Source: Leptospira sp. (GTDB taxonomy: Bacteria > Spirochaetota > Leptospiria > Leptospirales > Leptospiraceae). From it: DNA of 18,995 nt. The notes under the pieces are model-generated. The model made no database searches. It saw only the letters and a program-made list of their open reading frames with translations, and was not told where the DNA came from. A program made the position numbers and the translations under genes. Shown piece by piece: positions 1 through 7,386 of this stretch. The stretch lies in contig JAWXAQ010000032.1 of the NCBI GenBank assembly GCA_034439575.1, forward strand, positions 1-18,995, given 5' to 3'. How positions within the stretch are numbered: the first letter of the stretch is position 1; each line of letters opens with the position of its first letter.

Positions 1-465
1 CATAATGATCGCGCTGAAAAAAATAATATATCCGCGCAGATAACGGAAATAAGACTTACAGAAGATGTCAAAATTCGTGAAAAAGTTAAATCATCTGAAG
101 ATAAGATAACCCACTTTACTGCACAGTCCTTAGCCAAAATAATTAAAGAGAATTACTTGGGATTTCATTTTAGCTTTGAAATGGTTGTTAATTTTTTAAA
201 AGAACATTATAATTATTCCCCAGATTATTATTCATCTGAAGAATTAAAGGAGAATTCTCAATTACAAGAATCAGAAGATTTTAAGGGAATTTTCTTTTCA
301 TGGATTAATTCGAATGATTTAAACTCATTTCTTAAACTTGAACAAGTTTTCTTTAACGCTAATATTCCGAATTTTGAGTTAATGCTAAAAAACGAAGATT
401 TCGAGCTACTAAAGGATCGTAGTACAAATGATCGATCAGGGATCTACTTTCAAATTATTCCATGA
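1..465 (+). CDS. 3' end of a gene truncated by the window edge; possibly the C-terminal extension of a type I restriction specificity subunit (context-based guess)
   Basis: Frame 1 is open from base 1 (HNDRAEKNNISAQ...) to TGA at 463-465, so the track's TTG start at 157 is internal. It overlaps the next gene by ATGA (462-465). No diagnostic motif is visible in this fragment. Confidence 0.6.
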   Translation, partial: HNDRAEKNNISAQITEIRLTEDVKIREKVKSSEDKITHFTAQSLAKIIKENYLGFHFSFEMVVNFLKEHYNYSPDYYSSEELKENSQLQESEDFKGIFFSWINSNDLNSFLKLEQVFFNANIPNFELMLKNEDFELLKDRSTNDRSGIYFQIIP

Positions 466-2087
466 AATTGTTACGCGTTAAATTATTGGGTCGAAATTTC
501 AGAAGCTTACCGGCAAATAAAGATTATGTGTTTAATCAATCATTTGAATCTGACAGGCTTTCACCGAAAGTCTTAGCAGGATTAAACGGTAGCGGTAAAT
601 CTAATTTTTTGGAACTGTTAGCTGAAATTTTCTATTTCTGCGAAATATACCATCTTTATAAACTAGAAAAGGAAAAAAAATACGATCTAGGCTTTGGATT
701 TGAAATAGAATATCTGCTTCCCATTGAAAAAATTATTAGTGCAAGAGGTGAAGTGAAATTCGAAAATAAATGGTGCCACGTAAGGATAAACAAATTAGTA
801 GATGAAGATCCTGAGTATTCATTTAAGAATTTGGAAACTGATAATTTTGAGAGGTTAGATGAAAAAACACAACAATTATTGCCGTCAAAAATCATAGCTT
901 ACACTTCCGGTCAGAATGAATTGTTAAGCAATCCATTTCATAAAATTCGTTTTCATTATTTTGAAACAGTAAAATCAGAGGAGAAAGTTAAAAATTCGGA
1001 AATTGCTACATTGAATCGCCTCTTTTTTATAGATCCAAATGCAAATTTTATAATATTTATATCTAACATGCTTTTAGCCGAAAAAAGAAAGTTAAAGATT
1101 TTAAAGAATACATTTCAGTTTCATGAAATACATTCTTTTCGTATCACATTTAACTTAGTAGACATAAAGAAAAAACAAATCAAACTAAACAAAGATTTAA
1201 ATGACAATATTGAAAAACTTAAACTATGCTCCACTACTTGGATCAAAAAAATAGAGGGCAATGAGATTATTCTAATCCTCGATTTTAAGGTTAATGGAGC
1301 GACTCGAGAAGCCTTCGCTTTTCATTTTAAAAATTCATTCAATCTATTCAATTCTCTGTATGATCTAGAATGTTTAAACTTGCATTTAGTTCCCGAGAGT
1401 TCTCGAAATCTGATTTTAAAGTCAAAAAAGTCATTAAATATTTCTGATGAAATGTCCAAACCAGATCCTTCTCGATTAGCTTTTAGAATAGAGAAAATAA
1501 AACTCGTAAAGCTGGTAAAGGGAACGCTAAAAGAACTATATTATAAATCATTATCCGATGGTGAACATCAGTTCAACGAAGTTGTAGGTTCGCTTTTAAT
1601 GATGGAGGAATACGGATGTTTATTTCTTTTCGATGAACCAGATACTCACTTTAATCCTTTATGGCGTGCAAAATTAATAGAAATCCTAAATAAAATATCT
1701 GAAGTTGATTCGAAAACTGTACGTCCGCAAGAAATATTACTTACTACACATTCACCTTATATTATTGGGGATAGTAGAAGAGAGAATGTCTATAAATTTC
1801 ATAAATTAGATGGAGATGTGTCATTCGAAAATCCTAAAATCGAAACATATGGAACATCGATGACATTGATACAACAGGAAGTTTTTGATAGAGAAATTTC
1901 AATTTCAGATTTTTCGAATTTGGATTTGGAAGAATTGAGGAATTCATTTAAAAATCTGAGATCAAATGAGGACTTAAAAGATAATATCCACAAAACTAAA
2001 TTGGCATTAATAGATTTCGGTGAAAGTTTTGAAAAATTTGATCTATATAATTTCCTAAGACAAAAAGAAACAGAAATTGATTCATGA
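462..2087 (+). CDS. ABC/AAA-type ATPase, PtuA-like (restriction-system-associated AAA ATPase type)
   Basis: N-terminal MKLLRVKL..NFRSL, Walker A GLNGSGKS, Q-loop-like YTSGQNE, signature LSDGE, Walker B/D-loop FLFDEPDTHFNP, H-loop LTTHSP. No transmembrane segments. Coupled to an HNH gene. Confidence 0.88.
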   Translation: MKLLRVKLLGRNFRSLPANKDYVFNQSFESDRLSPKVLAGLNGSGKSNFLELLAEIFYFCEIYHLYKLEKEKKYDLGFGFEIEYLLPIEKIISARGEVKFENKWCHVRINKLVDEDPEYSFKNLETDNFERLDEKTQQLLPSKIIAYTSGQNELLSNPFHKIRFHYFETVKSEEKVKNSEIATLNRLFFIDPNANFIIFISNMLLAEKRKLKILKNTFQFHEIHSFRITFNLVDIKKKQIKLNKDLNDNIEKLKLCSTTWIKKIEGNEIILILDFKVNGATREAFAFHFKNSFNLFNSLYDLECLNLHLVPESSRNLILKSKKSLNISDEMSKPDPSRLAFRIEKIKLVKLVKGTLKELYYKSLSDGEHQFNEVVGSLLMMEEYGCLFLFDEPDTHFNPLWRAKLIEILNKISEVDSKTVRPQEILLTTHSPYIIGDSRRENVYKFHKLDGDVSFENPKIETYGTSMTLIQQEVFDREISISDFSNLDLEELRNSFKNLRSNEDLKDNIHKTKLALIDFGESFEKFDLYNFLRQKETEIDS

Positions 2088-3166
2088 TCTATACGTATAA
2101 ATACTTGTCCCATAGAATAGAGAATTTTCATTTGAATATTTCTTATTTCTTTGAGCAATTATTTAAATTCAATTTAGAACATTTTGATGAAAGTATCCTT
2201 CTTGATTCAGGTAACAATTTTAATCAAATTGTTAGTCTGTCTCCTGATGTCCTAAAAAAATCTTTGAAAGAATTAACGGAATCATATTATAAATTAAGTG
2301 AGTATGAGAAATCTAAAGTTAAACATGCTTTTATTTCTAATAAAGATATCGAAAGCATTTGCAAAGACGTTAAGAAAGCTCCGGTAAAATATGGGGAATT
2401 ACAGGATGATTTTGCGGAGTTACTAAAAGAGTTTGATAAAAAACTATGGGTTAATTATCCGCATGTTGACTTACTGAAATCACATTGCGGAACAATCCAG
2501 GAGCATTTTGATGAATTTGTTTCTCCAAAACATCAACAAGCGTTAGTGTGCCCTTTTTGTGGATTACATAAATTAAAGCCTTTTGGAAGTATTAAACGTG
2601 ATTCATACGATCATTACATCCCGAAATCATTATATCCATTTACCTCGATAAATTTTAAAAATCTTTTTCCTATGTGTAATGAATGCAACACCGATGAAAA
2701 GAAAGCGACGGATACTGTTTATAAAAATTTAGTGAGGAGGAAAGTGGTTTATCCATTTGATACAGAATATCCATTCGATCAATTGCGCATCTATGTTATT
2801 GCAAGAGAATATTATAGTCCCATTAGTTTGAAAACAATGCTCAATGATATTCAATGGGATCTTGAGATTAAAATTGAAGGATATGATGAGGAAATCTTTG
2901 AATCCTGGGACGAAATATTTAATATCAAGAGGCGATTCTCTGAAAATCTTTTACGTTACCAGTCTGAATGGACTGGAGAATTGATGATTAAATATAAAAT
3001 AGAATGTAAAAAGGGAACTTGCTTTAAGAGTTTTGAAACAGAATTAATGGAAATTGCAGAATATCAAAAACTCAATTCACCGCTAGGAATTCTGAAATAT
3101 TCTTATTTTTTATTTCTTTTTACTGTTCCGGATTTTGAAAAAATAATTTCTGAATCAATTTTATAA
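2084..3166 (+). CDS. HNH endonuclease with zinc knuckle, PtuB-like
   Basis: CPFC ... DHYIPKSLYP ... NFKNLFPMCNECN motif set. ATGA overlap with the ATPase at 2084-2087. Confidence 0.88.
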   Translation: MIYTYKYLSHRIENFHLNISYFFEQLFKFNLEHFDESILLDSGNNFNQIVSLSPDVLKKSLKELTESYYKLSEYEKSKVKHAFISNKDIESICKDVKKAPVKYGELQDDFAELLKEFDKKLWVNYPHVDLLKSHCGTIQEHFDEFVSPKHQQALVCPFCGLHKLKPFGSIKRDSYDHYIPKSLYPFTSINFKNLFPMCNECNTDEKKATDTVYKNLVRRKVVYPFDTEYPFDQLRIYVIAREYYSPISLKTMLNDIQWDLEIKIEGYDEEIFESWDEIFNIKRRFSENLLRYQSEWTGELMIKYKIECKKGTCFKSFETELMEIAEYQKLNSPLGILKYSYFLFLFTVPDFEKIISESIL

Positions 3167-3418
3167 ATTAATTAGATGAGAAATTTAATCTGTATAAATG
3201 TAATTATACAACTTGAAGAAAAACAAGTTATTAAAATGGATAAAGGTCTAAATCGGCAAGTGATTCAACTCGCAAAATTATCAAAATACCAGCTGCTTCA
3301 CAATCCGGCAGTTCCCATTTTAGATTTTTTAATGATAGTTGGTGATAATAAATCAAATGATACAATTGATAAACAGCGGTTATATCTTCCGTATAATTGA
3401 ACTTGTCCTCTTACGATC

Positions 3419-3508
3419 GTGGACACTATCAAATAAAGGACATAACACCCTTTAAGGATCTTTACCATTTGCTTTAGCAGTCTCAATCAAAGAATAGAAT
3501 AACGCACT
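3419..3508 (-). pseudogene. IS66-family transposase (TnpC) C-terminal relic
   Basis: Minus frame from 3508 reads SALFYSLIETAKANGKDP*RVLCPLFDSV, matching the IS66 C-terminal consensus (A-x-x-YSLIETAKxNGxDPYxYL). In-frame stop at 3452-3454. It abuts the IS256 inverted repeat. Not in the ORF track. Confidence 0.75.
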
Positions 3509-3953
3509 GGTAGTGTGCAGAATTTTTCGCAAAATTGAAATTAGACTCTCGAAGTCGATTAGCTATATGCCTTAATCTTGCTGTGACGAGCATAAGAGCA
3601 GACTCACCATCCGGGAATGATCCAATTACTCTTGTTCGGCGTCGAATTTCTTTCATAATTCGTTCGAGAGGATTGTTTGTTCGAATCCTTGTCCAATGAG
3701 TTCTCGGGTAATTCATATAGGACAAAGTTTCCACTATTCCTTTTTCGATAATATCAGCAGCAGAAATGTATTTCATTGCTCTCAATTTTTCAATCACCAA
3801 TTTTGATTTGTCAATGGCTGCTTGCCTATCACCTTGCGAATGAATTGCCTTTAACATCGCAACAGTTTCCCTCAACAGTCCACTAAGCTAAGTTCTTATC
3901 TTTCCTACGTTGACAGAAATTATTTTCTCATCTACTTTGTCTACTGTATGCAT
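3483..3953 (-). pseudogene. IS256-family transposase pseudogene (N-terminus fused to C-terminal part)
   Basis: AGGAGA RBS and ATG at 3953 give MHTVDKVDEKIISVNVGKIRT*LSGLLRETV (stop 3888-3890). This runs in frame into AMLKAIHSQ...HWTRIRTNNPLERIMKEIRRRTRVIGSFPDGESALMLVTARLRHIA, the IS256 C-terminal signature. The frame reads through the IR to 3483. Confidence 0.9.
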
Positions 3954-4044
3954 AACGGTTCTCCTGTTAGTTATTGTTTTTCCAATTAACTTATCGGCTG
4001 GCAGGAGAGCTTTTTACATTTTGCGAAAGATTTTTGACGTTACC
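3509..4044 (-). mobile_element. Internally deleted, non-autonomous IS256-family element (536 bp) with both terminal inverted repeats
   Basis: GGTAGTGTGCAGAATTTTTCGCAAAAT (3509-3535) and the reverse complement of 4018-4044, GGTAACGTCAAAAATCTTTCGCAAAAT, match at 21/27 positions. They enclose IS256 transposase fragments. No flanking direct repeat. Confidence 0.88.
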
Positions 4045-4095
4045 GCTTTAAATGTAGTTATTATTTAAAAATAGTTGTAAAAAATACAATTTAAT

Positions 4096-4127
4096 TATTG
4101 ACAATACCTTATAGTATTCCATACTAT
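4096..4127 (+). promoter_or_regulatory. Putative sigma70 promoter and operator of higBA
   Basis: TTGACA (4098-4103), 18 bp, TACTAT (4122-4127). Palindrome TATTG-A-CAATA (4096-4106) overlaps the -35 and ATAGTAT-TCC-ATACTAT (4111-4127) overlaps the -10. Confidence 0.6.
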
Positions 4128-4221
4128 TTCTGGAACGAACGTAGCAAATTGGAAGGTTTGCTTCGATAAAAAAGAGGCTAAGATATGAAAACTATTAATA
4201 AAATTAAAGGTATTGTTATAA

Positions 4222-4605
4222 ATGGAACTTATCAACCAGACAAGTTTAGAAAAATGTTTAAAGGAAAAAAAATTTCTAGAGCATAAACAATCAATCAATG
4301 GAATAATTCAGAGTTTTAAAATATCAAAGTTAAAAACGACTCAAGAAATTATAGAAATTTATCATTCCAAATGGAAGGTAGATTACATTTCACCTGAATG
4401 CTATGTTTTTGATATTACCAAAAAAATTAGAATGATACTCTTCATAGATTTGAATCATAGAACATTTTTCTTCTATGGAGTTTTTACTCATGATGAATAT
4501 GATGAACTCAATTTAAAAAAATTAGCAAAGAATTTTACTCTAAATAATAAAAGTCATGAAAACAAAAATAAACATAACGAACAAAGTAAAAAAAATAAAA
4601 AATGA
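4222..4605 (+). CDS. higB: Type II TA toxin, HigB family (RelE-superfamily mRNase)
   Basis: N-terminal MELINQTSL and C-terminal YVFDI..KIRMILFIDL...F.YGVFTHDEYD resemble E. coli HigB (MHLITQKAL...YVFNV...THKEYD). Toxin-first gene order. Confidence 0.8.
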   Translation: MELINQTSLEKCLKEKKFLEHKQSINGIIQSFKISKLKTTQEIIEIYHSKWKVDYISPECYVFDITKKIRMILFIDLNHRTFFFYGVFTHDEYDELNLKKLAKNFTLNNKSHENKNKHNEQSKKNKK

Positions 4606-5029
4606 TGATGAATTAGAATCAGCTTTAAAAGAAATTTTATTGCTTATGACTAAGAAAAAATCAGATGATGAAAAAATTAGATATGGAGCGTTAATAGAAG
4701 CGGTTAAAGAATTTGAAACAGAGCAATTAGGTGAAGACAAAATTGATTTACCTGATCTGATTCATTTTCAAATGATTCAAAAAGATATTACCCAAAATCA
4801 ATTAGCCATTATATTAGGTGATGCTCCTTTAGTATCTAGATTATTGAAAGGCAAAGCAGAAATTTCCAAAAAAGTTGCTATACTATTAAACAAGCATTTA
4901 GATATAGATTTTAAAATTCTTTTTCAGGATGATATTATAAAAGAAACTCAAAAAGAAAATGAGCGTTTAATGAAATCAAAAGAATTTTCAGGAAGAGGAA
5001 GAAAAAAGAAAGAATTAGTAGCTCATTAA
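4556..5029 (+). CDS. higA: Type II TA antitoxin, HigA family (Xre HTH)
   Basis: IKNDDELESALKEI...LIEAVKEFE N-domain, then HTH LIHFQMIQKDITQNQLAIILGDAPLVSRLLKGKAEISKKVAILL. Overlaps higB by 50 nt. Confidence 0.85.
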   Translation: MKTKINITNKVKKIKNDDELESALKEILLLMTKKKSDDEKIRYGALIEAVKEFETEQLGEDKIDLPDLIHFQMIQKDITQNQLAIILGDAPLVSRLLKGKAEISKKVAILLNKHLDIDFKILFQDDIIKETQKENERLMKSKEFSGRGRKKKELVAH

Positions 5030-5035
5030 TAATTA

Positions 5036-5253
5036 TTATTCTTGATCCATTCTTCTAAATTCTGGACCGGATTGACTCAATAAGTAATGAGTTACCGCCA
5101 AACTTTTAGTACCTTTTTTTAAAGCGTTTACCAATGGTTGATAGTATTTAGTAACGTTGAATTTAGAAACATATCCAGTAGGATTCCCTTCTAATAAAAA
5201 TTTCTTACCAATTTATCGGCACTATATCCGACAAGAGAACTTAAACCATCCAT
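5036..5253 (-). pseudogene. Probable frameshifted gene relic, unknown function
   Basis: 58 stop-free codons (5212 to stop 5036-5038: IGKKFLLEGNPTGYVSKFNVTKYYQPLVNALKKGTKSLAVTHYLLSQSGPEFRRMDQE) in AT-rich DNA. An adjacent frame from ATG 5253 (MDGLSSLVGYSADK) joins it by a single frameshift. Confidence 0.35.
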
Positions 5254-5346
5254 ATTATACGGCCTGTTATATTACCTAAATTTACCTTACGGCTCCCTTT
5301 TATAGTAATGGCCCTTAAAACAAAGTCAGATGAGTAGTAATAATTA

Positions 5347-5375
5347 ATTGACAGTCAATAAACAATCGCTACCCT
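5347..5375 (+). promoter_or_regulatory. Putative sigma70 promoter with palindrome over the -35
   Basis: TTGACA (5348-5353), 16 bp, TACCCT (5370-5375). ATTGAC-A-GTCAAT palindrome at 5347-5359. Confidence 0.4.
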
Positions 5376-5380
5376 TATTA

Positions 5381-5453
5381 CAGTCATTAACCTATGGTTA
5401 GATTTAAAATGTTAAAGTAGTTTCTCATGCCTCATATACTGAGGCTTTTTTTT
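5381..5453 (+). ncRNA. Candidate small RNA (~70 nt)
   Basis: Lies between the putative promoter and a clear intrinsic terminator. Small 5' hairpin TAACC-TAT-GGTTA (5388-5400). No credible ORF. Confidence 0.3.
5429..5453 (+). terminator. Rho-independent terminator
   Basis: GCCTCA-TATAC-TGAGGC stem-loop followed by T8. Confidence 0.8.
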
Positions 5454-5783
5454 CAAATACTTATTCCCTGACAAAATTGGGACTTAAACTCCATAAATTA
5501 AAATTGCCGGATTCTATCCTAATTTTACATAAATTTAGCTTAGAAAACCACTACAAATACTTGTTAATTTAGACTTAATCTAACAAAAAATAACGAACCT
5601 TTTTTAAATGATAAAACCCAATTGGCACAAATTGATTCGAAAAGAATTGATTATAGCCAAACAGGTAAAAATTGCATAAAATTTGCGAAAATTAAATTCA
5701 TAAACTGAATATCAACTCTCTGCTAGTCGAAAATAAACTAACTAGTATATGGATTCAAAATATTACATGTTTCCTCATATTTT

Positions 5784-7385
5784 ATGCCAAAATTGATTTT
5801 TTTAATATTTAATATAATTATACTAATTTCCCTTTCAATACACGAAATTCATTCCATAGAAAGGGTGGAGATGCAGGAAGCACTTTTGATAAACATGGAA
5901 GAGGCAGAAGGAATAGGGCTTACTAATAGCGTAATTCTCGCAAGCCTTAAAGATCGCCGTGAAGTTTTCAAGATGATTGCGACAGAAAAGTGGCGGAATT
6001 ATTTGCCACGCGTTGGGATCAGCTACTTTGGTCTGAAGAATGCAAATGTCAACCAACCTGACAGTCAATACAATGATATACGCCTCCAATTGAACCAATT
6101 ATTGTATGATGGCGGTGAGAATGCTCTAGAGATAGAATCCGCCAAATTGCAAGAATTGTTAAACCAAGAAGATTGGAAAATCGCCAGAGAAAAGTTGATT
6201 CTCGATGTTCGCAAGGCATACATTCGCTTACTTTCTAGCGAAGTGAAATCGTTTGCTGCCGAAAAATCATACCTTCGCACCTTAAAACAATTAAACGATG
6301 CTAAGGCGGAAAGAAGAGAAGGGTTTCTCACGGAATTACAAGAGCTTGAAATTTCCAACAAATTGCATGAATTGGAATTGAATTTAATCAAAGCAAAATC
6401 TCAACATTCCCAAAATCATATTGAACTAAAAAAACAAATGAATCTTCCTTTGGAAGTTCCGATTCGATTGAAGGATTCCTTGATTCGGGATTATGTATTT
6501 TTTCCACCTAACTTTATCTCTAATGAAGAATATTTAGCTCTCAGTCAAAAGCCCGAGATTAAAAAATCTAGAATCGCTATAGAAAATTTAAAAACGAGAA
6601 AAGAAATTACAGAGAATTACTGGAAACCCAAACTATCAGTCGGTGGTTATTACGGTGAAAATGTAAATGGTGCATTGCCTGTAAAAAATGAAGTGTATGG
6701 ATTTAATTTTTCGGTGACAACGCAGCTTGGAAGTTCAACTAACCAAACGAGTGCAAACTATGGTATGCAGACTGACGGAACAGGTATCCAAAGAATTCCT
6801 GGTTTTGGTCCGCAATTCGTGGGCCGTGGTGAGAATGCATTCAATAGCAATACGTTAAATCTATTTGATGACTTAAGTTATTCACGAAAAATTTATGAAG
6901 GTAAAATCGGATTATCGGATGCTGTCCGCTCAAATAAATTATTAGAGATAACGGTGCAAGCGGAAGCATATAAAGCAAAAGAGAAATTCAAAGAATCATG
7001 GCATACTCTGTCACTGATGAATACTAAGTTCCTTTTATCTCTGCAAACTTGGAAAGCCGTCCAAGCAAAGTTCACAAATGGCTTTTTGAAAGAATCGGAG
7101 CTACTGAGCGCCGAATTTGAATTAATCAAAACGATTGATGAGCTAACAACGTCTTTATCTGGTTATTTGGAGTCAGGAATGGAATATAGTTATGCCTTAG
7201 CAGAGCCAGTTTCCGAATTAAAATTTTATGAAATTCAAAGAGACCAAGGGAATTCTGTTCTCTTTGAATTATTGAAATATGAAAAGTCATTTCAGGAAAA
7301 GAGTGTAGAACCTAACGAAAGTCCGACTTATAAAAAACAATCAGAGAGGAAGAAAAATGAATATCAGTTCTTTTTGGAAGAATAA
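5784..7385 (+). CDS. TolC-family outer membrane efflux/channel protein
   Basis: Signal peptide. Two OEP-like repeats (YLPRVGIS...QLNQLLYDGG; YWKPKLSVGG...) with helical segments (DVRKAYIRL, EGFLTELQEL, NGFLKESELLSAE). Same operon as the adaptor and RND genes. Confidence 0.85.
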   Translation: MPKLIFLIFNIIILISLSIHEIHSIERVEMQEALLINMEEAEGIGLTNSVILASLKDRREVFKMIATEKWRNYLPRVGISYFGLKNANVNQPDSQYNDIRLQLNQLLYDGGENALEIESAKLQELLNQEDWKIAREKLILDVRKAYIRLLSSEVKSFAAEKSYLRTLKQLNDAKAERREGFLTELQELEISNKLHELELNLIKAKSQHSQNHIELKKQMNLPLEVPIRLKDSLIRDYVFFPPNFISNEEYLALSQKPEIKKSRIAIENLKTRKEITENYWKPKLSVGGYYGENVNGALPVKNEVYGFNFSVTTQLGSSTNQTSANYGMQTDGTGIQRIPGFGPQFVGRGENAFNSNTLNLFDDLSYSRKIYEGKIGLSDAVRSNKLLEITVQAEAYKAKEKFKESWHTLSLMNTKFLLSLQTWKAVQAKFTNGFLKESELLSAEFELIKTIDELTTSLSGYLESGMEYSYALAEPVSELKFYEIQRDQGNSVLFELLKYEKSFQEKSVEPNESPTYKKQSERKKNEYQFFLEE

Positions 7386-7386
7386 C

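Noticed and set aside
656-2158. Minus-strand ORFs 656..895 and 1799..2158
   Set aside because: Antisense shadows of the ATPase/HNH genes with no independent coding signal.
1-3166. Retron (Ec78-type) assignment for the ATPase-HNH pair
   Set aside because: No reverse-transcriptase motifs or msr-msd region are visible in the window. It cannot be excluded upstream but is unsupported here.
3176-3486. ORFs 3176..3400 (+) and 3298..3486 (-)
   Set aside because: No motifs. They lie over the decayed IS66 end, and the meaningful frame is a different minus-strand one.
3500-4053. Target-site duplication around the IS256 derivative
   Set aside because: The flanks TAACGCACT and GCTTTAAAT do not match.
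4095-4740. Minus-strand ORFs 4095..4298 and 4540..4740
   Set aside because: Antisense shadows of higBA. Their hydrophobicity simply mirrors A-rich sense codons.
5623-5640. TGGCAC as a sigma54 -24 box upstream of tolC
   Set aside because: No TTGC at the -12 position (the sequence reads TGGCACAAATTGATTC).
5030-5783. CRISPR array, tRNA or tracrRNA in the long intergenic region
   Set aside because: No regularly spaced direct repeats, no cloverleaf and no cas genes seen.
7357-7386. Track start of the Ig protein at 7357
   Set aside because: ATG 7387 directly follows the tolC stop and gives a normal-length signal peptide.
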